A stretch of 51,505 nt of DNA from Candidatus Fraserbacteria bacterium (GCA_947085185.1 CAMTVK010000009.1:1-51505), one strand, 5' to 3'; positions 37,945 to 46,293 are shown, numbered from the stretch's first letter. The notes: generated from the letters alone by a model not told the origin. Numbers and translations are program-made.

Positions 37945-37966
37945 GCTCGTACAGACGGGAGGACCC

Positions 37967-38182
37967 ATGGCTACCATAGCCGAGATGACCAAGGACGAGC
38001 TTCGACAGATGATCGAAGCGGTCGTTGAACAGAAACTCCTCGAACTCCTTGGCGATCCTGATGAAGGGGCGCCTCTGCGCCAGGCGGTCAAGGCTAGGCT
38101 TCTGCGTCAGAAGCAAGCCGTAGCCAAGGGGGAGCGAGGGGAACCCCTTGACGATGTGATGCGGCGGCTTGGGTTGGAGTGA
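37967..38182 (+). CDS. Putative type II antitoxin
   Basis: 71 aa, GGAGG SD, ends GEPLDDVMRRLGLE, translationally coupled to a RelE remnant. Confidence 0.7.
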   Translation: MATIAEMTKDELRQMIEAVVEQKLLELLGDPDEGAPLRQAVKARLLRQKQAVAKGERGEPLDDVMRRLGLE

Positions 38183-38277
38183 TGGCTCCCTACGTCATTT
38201 ACGAAGTCCTTTGGGATGAGAGGACCATTGTGATCCACGCCATTGGGCATCGCAGTGAGATCTACCGAAGACGGTAA
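38182..38277 (+). pseudogene. Internally deleted RelE/ParE toxin
   Basis: MAPY fused to VIYEVLWDERTIVIHAIGHRSEIYRRR*, which is only the RelE C-terminal third (31 aa). Confidence 0.75.
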
Positions 38278-38356
38278 GCGGCCGGGTGGTCTTCCAAGGC
38301 ACGAACGTCATCGATGGCAACGGGCAGGGGCAGGTCTGCTTGCCATGAAGGGAATA

Positions 38357-38420
38357 GCTGTCAGCTTTCAGCAATCAGCGGTCAGCAAAGGCAAAAGCTG
38401 AAGGCTGACAGCTGAATGCT
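38357..38420. repeat. Inverted heptamer (GCNNTCA)n / (GCTGANN)n array
   Basis: GCTGTCA GCTTTCA GCAATCA GCGGTCA ... GCTGAAG GCTGACA GCTGAAT. Confidence 0.75.
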
Positions 38421-38489
38421 CACACCCGATGGGCAGGTCTGCCTGCCGTGACAGCGTAGATTCTGGACTTGGGGTATAATCAATAAGCC

Positions 38490-38714
38490 ATGAGCGAAAC
38501 GATCGAAGCCATCTACAAGAAGGGAGCCCTTCGTCTGCTCAAGCCCTTGAAGGGGCTCAAGGAGAACTCGCGCGTTCGCATAACCGTGGAGTTGCCCTCT
38601 GTAACTCCCCATCCCCTCGAACGGTTCGCGGGCATCTTGAGTACGGAAGAAGCCGACGAGATGCTCCGACTGGTCGAGGAAGAATTCGAGCGGATCGAGC
38701 CAAATGCTTGGTGA
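38490..38714 (+). CDS. DUF104/AF2212-like antitoxin
   Basis: TIEAIYKKGALRLLKPL...VRITVE motif; upstream of a PIN gene; TATAAT at 38475. Confidence 0.8.
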   Translation: MSETIEAIYKKGALRLLKPLKGLKENSRVRITVELPSVTPHPLERFAGILSTEEADEMLRLVEEEFERIEPNAW

Positions 38715-39106
38715 AGCGGTCCTCGATACGAACATCGTCATCGCGTATTTCAAAGGGGAAGCGGCGGGTAAAGGAAGGAGTGCTTGGCCTGGAGCGCGTC
38801 TGCCTTCCCGTTCCGGTCGTGGGCGAGTTGCTCTTTGCAGCAGAGAACTCGGCCCGCCGACGTGAGAATCTGGCGCTCTATCGCGAGTTCATTCAGGCCT
38901 GCCGCGTCTTGAATCTCACGCGTCGGACGGCTGCCATCTACGCGAGGATCAAGCTCGCCCTCAAGCGTCGAGGCCGCCCGATCCCTGAGAACGACTTGTG
39001 GATCGCCGCCGTGTGCATAGAGAGAGACTTACCCTTGATCAGTCGCGATGAACACTTCAGTGAGGTGCCGGAGTTGGTCTGGGAGCGCTGGGAGAGTAGG
39101 AGCTAA
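38704..39106 (+). pseudogene. vapC: VapC PIN-domain toxin, frameshifted
   Basis: MLGEAVLDTNIVIAYFKGEAA in the frame from 38704; continuation VVGEL...PIPENDLWIAA...SRDEHF lies in the +1 frame after GCGGCGGG (~38767). Confidence 0.8.
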
Positions 39107-39217
39107 GGCTGATGGCCTGACGCCCCCCGATGTGAAGAACGATCTGGACAATCCCGAATCACTCCTGAAACCGACCCGGGGTGCCCGATGGGCAGGTCTG
39201 TCTGCCCTGAGCCCCCA

Positions 39218-40453
39218 CTATAACCTCTCCCCGCGGCTCAAATTATAATAATAATCGGGATCAAGCCCACACGCCCGAATGAGCGCCTCGCGTTCCTCTT
39301 GAGTTATACGAGCACGACTGTCAGCTCTTCTGATCACATTGGGCACGCCCTTGCCTCGCGCGATCTCCGCTAACAGAATCTTTTGCAAACGCTCCGGCTC
39401 GCAAAACTGAAAGACCGCTTTTGGGGTCTCAATCTTCAAGACGCTGCGCACCCGAGGGTCATAGACATAGAAGAACGCCACGTGATAGAGACTCGAGTCT
39501 AAACTGAGCGCAAAATCGCTCACGGCCTTGGGCAAATCAACGACAGATTCGCGCTCCTCCCACGACGGATAGGCTTCTTGCACAAACCAATTCGTATAGC
39601 CTAACGAGTCTTTTGGAGTCTCTCTCAGGACTGCCGTCATAAACTGACGATCACTAGCCCAGCGCCGATCCGAAGAGCCTAGACAGAACCGCAAGAGCCA
39701 ACTGGTCTCCGGCGTCTTGTTGATCGCCACTACGGGGAGCCGACGTGCCAGACACGCCTCGACGAGGCGCACCGGCGCCGCCAGCAGCGCGACAATATCC
39801 TCGCGGTCGCTCAGACGCACTCCCCAGCGATACCCCCACTCCCCCTTCAGATCGCCCAAAAGATAGTAATACAGCCCGATGGGATAGAGTGCCCCGTCTA
39901 TGAGAAGCAGCCCCTCGCGGATGTCGAGAGCCTTGAGCATCGCGAGGGCATGAGTCGGCTCGCTGGTCACGTCCGCAAGCCCTTTGACGATGTGCTCGAC
40001 CTCGCGCTCAAGGAAGTCTTTGGTCAAGTGAATTCTCCAATGATAGATATGTTTGCTCTGGACGCACGTGACGCGGGCTTCGCCGACGTTCTGGAAAGAA
40101 TGCGAGACGAGCGCGATGGTGCGCCATGTCTCCAGAGGGAATTCGTGATGGCGCTGCGGAGGATCAGCGACGAACACAGCTTGATTTGCACAGAGCGTCG
40201 TGCCATCTTCGAAGTGCATGGGGCGGGTACTGCCCCCATCCACCCCATAGATCACGCCGGTCGTGTGCTGGGCCAGCTGAAGCACAGGTTCAGCACGGCG
40301 CTCTAGGGGCGTCAGGGCCTTGATGGCGCCATCAAGCTGGAGCATGCCGAAGAGCCGACGCGCCTCGTCGCGGTGACTGACGGCCCGCTGAGCCCGCTCG
40401 CCTAAGATCTTCAGCTCCGCAAGAAAGAGTCTCCGAACGTGGGAAGAGAGCAT
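39218..40453 (-). CDS. nurA: NurA family DNA double-strand break repair nuclease
   Basis: YGVDGGS, LLIDGAL, AINK, ADSRARI motifs; downstream of rad50. Confidence 0.8.
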   Translation of the reverse strand: MLSSHVRRLFLAELKILGERAQRAVSHRDEARRLFGMLQLDGAIKALTPLERRAEPVLQLAQHTTGVIYGVDGGSTRPMHFEDGTTLCANQAVFVADPPQRHHEFPLETWRTIALVSHSFQNVGEARVTCVQSKHIYHWRIHLTKDFLEREVEHIVKGLADVTSEPTHALAMLKALDIREGLLLIDGALYPIGLYYYLLGDLKGEWGYRWGVRLSDREDIVALLAAPVRLVEACLARRLPVVAINKTPETSWLLRFCLGSSDRRWASDRQFMTAVLRETPKDSLGYTNWFVQEAYPSWEERESVVDLPKAVSDFALSLDSSLYHVAFFYVYDPRVRSVLKIETPKAVFQFCEPERLQKILLAEIARGKGVPNVIRRADSRARITQEEREALIRACGLDPDYYYNLSRGERL

Positions 40454-43314
40454 TAGCGCACTTTATAGATTGTACTGATATTGTCGCTGCCCTTCTCCGT
40501 CCGATATTCGTGATCGGCCCCTTCAACTAAGCCCACCTCGTGCGAGACCACGATCACTTGGCCAACGCGCCGCCCTAAGTCCTCTAATAAGAACTGTAAT
40601 CTGTGAATGCGATCTCGGTCAAGATAGATCGTAGGCTCGTCTAAGATCAGGGGCATGCGGCGGACGGCTTTGGCTAAGACTTGATGGATCGCGCAGCGCA
40701 GCGCAATATTAATTAAAGCTCGTTCGCCCCCGGACATCAACGACGGGTTGAGGGTGCGCCCGTTCTTCAGCTCTACTTCGATCTCGTAGTCATCGCGGAC
40801 GGTCACGCGACTGTAACTGTCCCCCGCGTCCATCAACGAGAAGAATTCATTGAAATAATAATTGAGCGCCTCAAGATTGCGCTTGCGCAGCGCAACTTTT
40901 GTGCTCTGGTAGATCGAGACGATCTCGTCCAGCTCGACGGTGAGATTCTTCAGTTCTTGGTGTTTTTGTGTCACGTGCGCCATCTCGTCTTGGAGATGTT
41001 TGAGGTGTTCCAGGCGCCCTTGAATGACTCCACGCGCTTGCGCCACGCGATCGTAGTGCTCTTGGAGCGCGGCGCGCTCTTGATCTAAGGCGCTCAAGAG
41101 TTCTCGGACTTGGGCGCGCTTGCTCTCGATCTCGTTTTGGTCTTTGAGGCGCTCTTGGATCTGGTGACGCCGGTCGAGCAGTCGTGCGATGTCACCGCGC
41201 AGCTCGTTGAGGCTTTCTAAGAGCGTCTTGCGCGCGGCGTGTCTCTCGCGCCATTGTTGGCGCACCCGTATCAGATGCTCGAGCTCGCTCTTGAGTCTTT
41301 CCAGCTTCTCGTGGGTGCTCAACGAGCGATGGAGTTCTTGGGTGAGCGTCTGCACGGCGGCGGCTTGCCTCTCTTGTTCGGCTTGTTGGGCCACGATAGT
41401 GTGTGCCTCGCTCTCGATGTGGCGACGCAGCTGATTGAGACGGGCTTGAGAGAGCTGCTGGCGCTCGAGGGCGTGTGCGAGGGTGGTGCGCTTGAGCGCG
41501 AGTTCAGTGCGGCGCGCCTCCAATCGCTCGATCTCAAACAGAAGCTGCTCGAGCGAGCTGTGCACATCCTTCCAGAGCCCAAGCCGCTGTTCGATGCGTG
41601 CCAACTCTTGTTCTTCGTATTGGACTGATCTTTCTAATTCAGCGATCTGGGGTTCGATCGCGTTGAGCGACTCTGCCAGATGTTCTGGATGAACAGCTTG
41701 GCCGCAGGTGGGGCAGCGTCCCGCGGCGAGCAACGCCTGTTTTTGGGCGAGCTCGTGTCGCAGGGCATCGTAGTGGGTCTTGGCTTCCAATACGGCCCGC
41801 TTCGCTCGATCGTGTTGCTCCTCAAGATCTCGAAGCTCCGCAGCCCACTGCGCCCGAATCTTTTCGGCGAGCTGCACATCGGGGAGCATCGTTGGGAATG
41901 GCACTTCGAGCGTTTGTGCGCGCGCCGCGATCTGATGCAGGGTGCGTCGCACGGCCTGCTCGTGGTCGGCGTGAGCTTGGGCGAGAGTAGTGAGCTCTGT
42001 CTCTAAGTGTTTGATCTGTTCGGCTTCGCGCGCGTGGGTGCGGGAGAGTTCTTCGCATTGCGCGCGCAGGTGCGCGAGGGCTCGCTCGCGGTGCGTGCGC
42101 TCGGCGCTCAGACGAGCCAGCTCTTCGCGCACTTCTTGAAGTTGAGCCCTTTGGGTTTCGATGAGCGCTTTGCACTCCGCGAGCTTTGTTGATACTGCTG
42201 TGACGTCGTCGGACGTTGTGGCTTGGTCGAGCGACTCTATAATGGGTGCAGCGTCGAGAGAGCTCTCCGCGAGTAGCTTTTTGAGGGTGAGCATGGATTT
42301 CTGATGGCGCCCGCTGAGGCTCTCAAGCTCGCTCTCGAACTCCTTGCGTTCGGCCTCGCGCTGCGCCAGCCGAGATTGTTTGTCTTCAAGTTCTTGGTCT
42401 ATCTGGTGCAGCTCTTGAGTAGCTTGGGCGAAGTGCCTGAGGGAATCTTCGTAGCTTTGTAAGAGCTTATGAGCGTTGGCGCGTCGCTCGTCGAGGTCTT
42501 TGAGATCGTTTTGGAGGCGCTCCAAGGACTCGGTAAGCTGCGCTCTTTGTTTGTCCAGCGCTTCGCGTTCGAGGGCGTCTATCTGTTGGCGCAGGCGGGC
42601 TGAGCGCTCTTCCAAAGAGCTCATGCGTCGGTTGAGAGCGCGTAGGGCTTCTTTGGAGCGCGGGGTGACAAAGAGATCTATCTTATACAGTCCCAGCAGC
42701 CCGTCGAGCATCTGTTCGCGCGTCCGACGATCCGCGCGGATGAGCCTGTCTATCTCCCCTTGGCGCACGTAGACACAATTGGCAAACCCCTCGCGGTCCA
42801 TCCCGAAGAACCGTTCGATCTCGGCGATCACGTTCTCCGTGCCGATCCACACCGAGCCGTCGTCGCAGGTGAGCTGACAGCCGTTGCGCTCGCTCTTGAC
42901 TGTGCCGCCAGCTCGTCGCAGGGCGATCTCGGCGGTGTAGCGTTTCCTGCTGTAGATGAAGCGCAGCTTCACCGAGCCGGAATCCGCACCAATCCGTAAG
43001 ATCTCGTCGAGAGTGCGCCCGATGACGTGGCGTGCCTCGCTGCCGTAGAGCGCAAAGAAGATGCTCTCTAACAGCGAGGACTTGCCGCTGCCGTTGGCCC
43101 CAGCGATCACTGTGATCCCCGGCTGGAACTGCACCGAAGCTTTCTTATAGCTCCAGAGGTTTTCGATCTCCAAGTGCTCTAGTTGAAACTGATCCCGTGC
43201 GAGCCCCAAGCGATCCTCATCGCGCAAGGCCGGACGAGCCGTCTCCGGTTCCAGCTGCACTTTGCTCAACAGATCGAGCAAATTCTCTTGTTCTCTTATG
43301 GGTTTTCGTGCCAT
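40453..43314 (-). CDS. rad50: Rad50/SbcC SMC-like ATPase
   Basis: GANGSGKS Walker A, YVRQGE Q-loop, CPTC zinc hook, MSGGE, LILDEP, VSH. Confidence 0.92.
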   Translation of the reverse strand: MARKPIREQENLLDLLSKVQLEPETARPALRDEDRLGLARDQFQLEHLEIENLWSYKKASVQFQPGITVIAGANGSGKSSLLESIFFALYGSEARHVIGRTLDEILRIGADSGSVKLRFIYSRKRYTAEIALRRAGGTVKSERNGCQLTCDDGSVWIGTENVIAEIERFFGMDREGFANCVYVRQGEIDRLIRADRRTREQMLDGLLGLYKIDLFVTPRSKEALRALNRRMSSLEERSARLRQQIDALEREALDKQRAQLTESLERLQNDLKDLDERRANAHKLLQSYEDSLRHFAQATQELHQIDQELEDKQSRLAQREAERKEFESELESLSGRHQKSMLTLKKLLAESSLDAAPIIESLDQATTSDDVTAVSTKLAECKALIETQRAQLQEVREELARLSAERTHRERALAHLRAQCEELSRTHAREAEQIKHLETELTTLAQAHADHEQAVRRTLHQIAARAQTLEVPFPTMLPDVQLAEKIRAQWAAELRDLEEQHDRAKRAVLEAKTHYDALRHELAQKQALLAAGRCPTCGQAVHPEHLAESLNAIEPQIAELERSVQYEEQELARIEQRLGLWKDVHSSLEQLLFEIERLEARRTELALKRTTLAHALERQQLSQARLNQLRRHIESEAHTIVAQQAEQERQAAAVQTLTQELHRSLSTHEKLERLKSELEHLIRVRQQWRERHAARKTLLESLNELRGDIARLLDRRHQIQERLKDQNEIESKRAQVRELLSALDQERAALQEHYDRVAQARGVIQGRLEHLKHLQDEMAHVTQKHQELKNLTVELDEIVSIYQSTKVALRKRNLEALNYYFNEFFSLMDAGDSYSRVTVRDDYEIEVELKNGRTLNPSLMSGGERALINIALRCAIHQVLAKAVRRMPLILDEPTIYLDRDRIHRLQFLLEDLGRRVGQVIVVSHEVGLVEGADHEYRTEKGSDNISTIYKVR

Positions 43315-44342
43315 GCTCGCTCCAGCAGCGCCGTCACTTCGGGATCTACATTCGAGTCTGCGATCGTCAGATCTCTGATGACTTGGTCAATCTCACGAGC
43401 GATGGATGAGAGATTCTTCTTGGCCAGGGCTTCAGATATGACTTGCTCGACATCGCTGAACTCCATGGTGACCGCCGGCTCGGTGGGGTGTTCGGTGGGG
43501 GTGCGCACATCGCGCACGCGCACCGCGAGCGCCCCGCGTTCGTAGCCAAGCTGCTCGATCTCGGCAACTGTCGGCTCAGCAGTGCTTAAGTACACGACCA
43601 CGACGGCGCCGTGCACGTCCGAGTTGGCAATTCGCTGAAGAGGGTCTTCATCCGATGGGATATAGAGAAAACGTCGTGTGACCAGCTCATGACGCTGGAG
43701 CCGCCCGTTCTGGAGGTCTATAATATTGACGCCTCGGGGACGCTTCTCGTCGAGCATCCAGCGTTCGGTGCTGCCGCAGTACGTCACGAGCTTCTCGTCG
43801 TTGCGCCAGACGCGGTGCTCGTGATAATCTCCCAGCAGCACGAATTGGGCGCCGCATTGCCAGAGTTGTTCGAGTGTCAGCTCGCCGTCACGCTCGACTT
43901 GGTCAAGCAACTGATGGCAGACCAAAACGCCGCCCTCGCACGAAGTGAGCGTCACCGAGCGTCGTCCAGAGAAATCGTGCCCGTAGATGGGGACGCCCTC
44001 CAAATCGAAGGGCTCTGCTCGCAGGTGCACAGCTAGGCCCAAATCCTCAAAGAGATCGAGCCATTGGACGCCGCGGCGCTGCTCGTGATTGCCCACGATC
44101 CCTAAGAAGTGAATGCCTGCATCCTTGAGGGTGAAAAGCCCCTGCAAGGTCGCGAGGAGATCTTCGGCGCCGGGATTGCGGTCTTCGAAGAGATCGCCGG
44201 CGTGGATGACGGCAGCAACCCTCTCGTCCAGGGCGACCTGGACGACTTGCAAGAACGCGTCGGCGAAATCCTTACGACGCTCTTCTAAGCCATACTGGCG
44301 AAAGCCTATGTGCGTATCGCCGGTGTGCAAGACTTTAGCCAT
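43296..44342 (-). CDS. mre11: Mre11/SbcD nuclease
   Basis: HTGDTHIG, AGDLF, GNHE, GDYH, YCGSTER. Confidence 0.92.
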   Translation of the reverse strand: MAKVLHTGDTHIGFRQYGLEERRKDFADAFLQVVQVALDERVAAVIHAGDLFEDRNPGAEDLLATLQGLFTLKDAGIHFLGIVGNHEQRRGVQWLDLFEDLGLAVHLRAEPFDLEGVPIYGHDFSGRRSVTLTSCEGGVLVCHQLLDQVERDGELTLEQLWQCGAQFVLLGDYHEHRVWRNDEKLVTYCGSTERWMLDEKRPRGVNIIDLQNGRLQRHELVTRRFLYIPSDEDPLQRIANSDVHGAVVVVYLSTAEPTVAEIEQLGYERGALAVRVRDVRTPTEHPTEPAVTMEFSDVEQVISEALAKKNLSSIAREIDQVIRDLTIADSNVDPEVTALLERAWHENP

Positions 44343-44393
44343 GTGCTTTTATACTAGCACGATTGGCGTAAAAAGCAAGGACAAGGGTCTATT

Positions 44394-44433
44394 AAAAAAG
44401 CCGCTCCGCCGTAGGGCAGTGCGGCGGAGCGGC
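44394..44433 (-). terminator. Rho-independent terminator
   Basis: Perfect 12-bp stem GCCGCTCCGCCG/CGGCGGAGCGGC followed on the minus strand by T6. Confidence 0.8.
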
Positions 44434-44780
44434 CTGCCCCCTCAAGCAGCAGGGTCTTGAGGGGGATTGCTGTCATCCCTCTACCGGTGCTTCCCCCACT
44501 CCACGGGGGCGTTATCGCCCCCTCCCCTCTCTCCCGCGGTAAGCGCTCCCAAGTAGAGAGGATGACAGGGCCAGGGAGCTTGAGCCTTCCGGCGCTTGCG
44601 CGCCGCGCTCGTGACTGGGGAAAAATCCCGCCTTGCTGGGGGCCTGGTCCAAAAAGGCGGGCAAAACCCTGGTCGTCGAGCAGACCGAAGCATCGCTCCG
44701 GCGAAGGCTTCCGTCCCCCTGGTAAGGAGGTTGTGTTGGGGTCGTATAGAAATTACTATTTCTCTCATATTTAATCGTCA
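44394..44780 (-). ncRNA. Candidate large structured ncRNA of unknown family
   Basis: Two promoter-like elements upstream, at least seven helices including GCAA and C-UUCG-G loops on the minus strand, terminator at the 3' end, no credible ORF. Confidence 0.55.
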
Positions 44781-44816
44781 AGGATAGTGTATAGCATATT
44801 TTTCAAATATTGTCAA
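44753..44816 (-). promoter_or_regulatory. Tandem sigma70-type promoters
   Basis: TTGACA-17-TATACA with TG extension (44816-44788) and TTGACG-17-TAGTAA (44781-44753). Confidence 0.55.
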
Positions 44817-45031
44817 GTCGGTGCTATGATTTACGATGTCATCAGTGGTGCACGAGGACAAGGGGCTTTTCGTTACAGTCTCCCGATCAAGCTCACTAGG
44901 GAAGGGCATGAGCGTGACGCGGTGAAAGATATGAGCGAATTGGTTTAGAAGAGCGCGACTGTGCAATGTGCATTACATACTCCACCCAAGAAAAGAGCTA
45001 TATAAGAATGAAGGCTTCGAAAGGAGGGGCC

Positions 45032-45280
45032 ATGAAGACCAGAGAGATAAGCCAATGGAAGTGGGTCTACGTGCGGATGCGCGGCGGATTGGGCTTTGCG
45101 TTCGTGTCGGTACCGCTGGACCTGACTGTCTCCCAACTCAAACTCATGCTGGGGGCCGACCCACGCAGTGTGGTCACCGTGCGCTCGGCGTTCCGGCCCC
45201 TCGCAGAGAACGAGTCCCTCTACGGTCGTGTTGCCAACTACGATACAGTCTACATTGAGCCGTGTCGTCGAGCTGTGTAA
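45032..45280 (+). CDS. Small protein, probable ubiquitin-like beta-grasp fold
   Basis: AAGGAGG SD; VYVRMRGG...VSVPLDLTVSQLKLML...PLAENESLY...DTVYI pattern. Confidence 0.55.
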   Translation: MKTREISQWKWVYVRMRGGLGFAFVSVPLDLTVSQLKLMLGADPRSVVTVRSAFRPLAENESLYGRVANYDTVYIEPCRRAV

Positions 45281-45456
45281 AATACCCCCTCTCCCTCTCT
45301 TCAGTCAGCGGGAGCCGTCTTGGAGCTCTTCAGGGTGGCCCCCGCTGCTGTAATGGGTCAAGAGATGGTTACCAGGGCCCAAGCGGTCGAGATGCGATCC
45401 AAGCAGAGCCGGTTGAGTCTGGCGTGGACAAGCTATAGAAGAAAAGCTTTTCGAAG

Positions 45457-45723
45457 GTGCGAAGAGAGGGGGTCGCTCTCGCACTCTTGGTTTTGTTTCA
45501 GTTGAGCTTGGTGCTGCTGGGCTTGGCGCACTATGATGATCTGGAAGATTCGCACGGAACTTGCCACATAGGCGGTGGCATGACGTGTGGTCTTCTGACA
45601 ACCGCTGATCTTGCCATCCCTCTGCCGCTCGCCTACGAGCTTGTGCATCTGGATAGTATCCATCAGGAACCCATCCAACTCTCTATTCTCGAAAGACCTC
45701 CTCGCCCGCTCGCAAGAGCGTAG
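45457..45723 (+). CDS. Putative regulatory leader/arrest peptide (DUF2946/CutF/CruR-like)
   Basis: Hydrophobic N-terminus, His/Cys cluster HYDD..HGTCH....C, C-terminal ERPPR; first ORF of the copper operon; GTG start. Confidence 0.6.
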   Translation: MRREGVALALLVLFQLSLVLLGLAHYDDLEDSHGTCHIGGGMTCGLLTTADLAIPLPLAYELVHLDSIHQEPIQLSILERPPRPLARA

Positions 45724-45807
45724 CTGCGCGTTCTTAACAGACAGACTCTCGTGTTTCTCGGCTTCAGCCGCGTGAGACGGATTTTCAAACTACGAGGAGG
45801 TTTTCAG

Positions 45808-46293
45808 ATGACACGACGCAACTTGCTCAAAACCGCCGGCGCATTCGCTGTGACCGGCCTAACCACCGCTCTTACAGGGCAGAGAGTGAAGGCTCACAAG
45901 AAAGAAGCCCTGCGCGAAGTCCATCTCTATATGGGAGACGGCTATTATCGGTGGGAGTTCAAAGAAGGCGACAAGCCCGTGAGAACTGAGAGAAACGCCC
46001 CTATGAAGCTCAAAGTTGGTCAGCTGCTTTTCTTCATTGCTCACAACGAAGGACGGCTCGTCCACAATGCGCACATCGGACGAAGAGCCAATCTAACGGA
46101 GCAACGGTACGACGAGCATCTCTTTGAGAATTTCTTCTCGCTGACGCTCGAGCCGCGCAGCGTCGTCGAACTAGAGGTGCTCGTCCCGGACAAGCCCGGC
46201 GAGTGGGAGCTGGGCGACTTCTCGCTGGATCGCAACGGGAAGACGCTCTACGAAGCCACGGGCATGAAAGCCCCATTGACGGTGGAGAAGTAA
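45808..46293 (+). CDS. Tat-exported cupredoxin-fold protein with degenerate Cu ligands
   Basis: TRRNLL Tat signal; HNEGRLVHN, PGEWELGD, YEATGMKAPLTV; GAGGAGG SD. Confidence 0.7.
   Translation: MTRRNLLKTAGAFAVTGLTTALTGQRVKAHKKEALREVHLYMGDGYYRWEFKEGDKPVRTERNAPMKLKVGQLLFFIAHNEGRLVHNAHIGRRANLTEQRYDEHLFENFFSLTLEPRSVVELEVLVPDKPGEWELGDFSLDRNGKTLYEATGMKAPLTVEK

Larger units (their letters stand above)
37856..39210 (+). repeat. Four dispersed copies of (CCCGAT)GGGCAGGTCTGYYTGCCNTGA
   Basis: Copies at 37856-37882, 38328-38348, 38425-38451 and 39184-39210; 38277-38321 also matches 37760-37804 (2 mismatches in 45 nt). Confidence 0.9.

Noticed and set aside
36563..38116. 517-aa minus-strand ORF, and similar long antisense ORFs such as 6991-8025 and 30556-31425
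   Set aside because: Shadow frames of well-supported opposite-strand genes in GC-rich DNA; no motifs
37760..38348. Diversity-generating retroelement (template/variable repeat pair)
   Set aside because: The differences are G/C and G/T rather than adenine-specific, and no reverse transcriptase is present in the window
44457..44787. Protein-coding ORFs across the structured region, including a 13-aa ORF after TAAGGAGG at ~44723
   Set aside because: Low-complexity translations with no motifs; helices, promoters and terminator fit an RNA better, though the tiny ORF cannot be excluded
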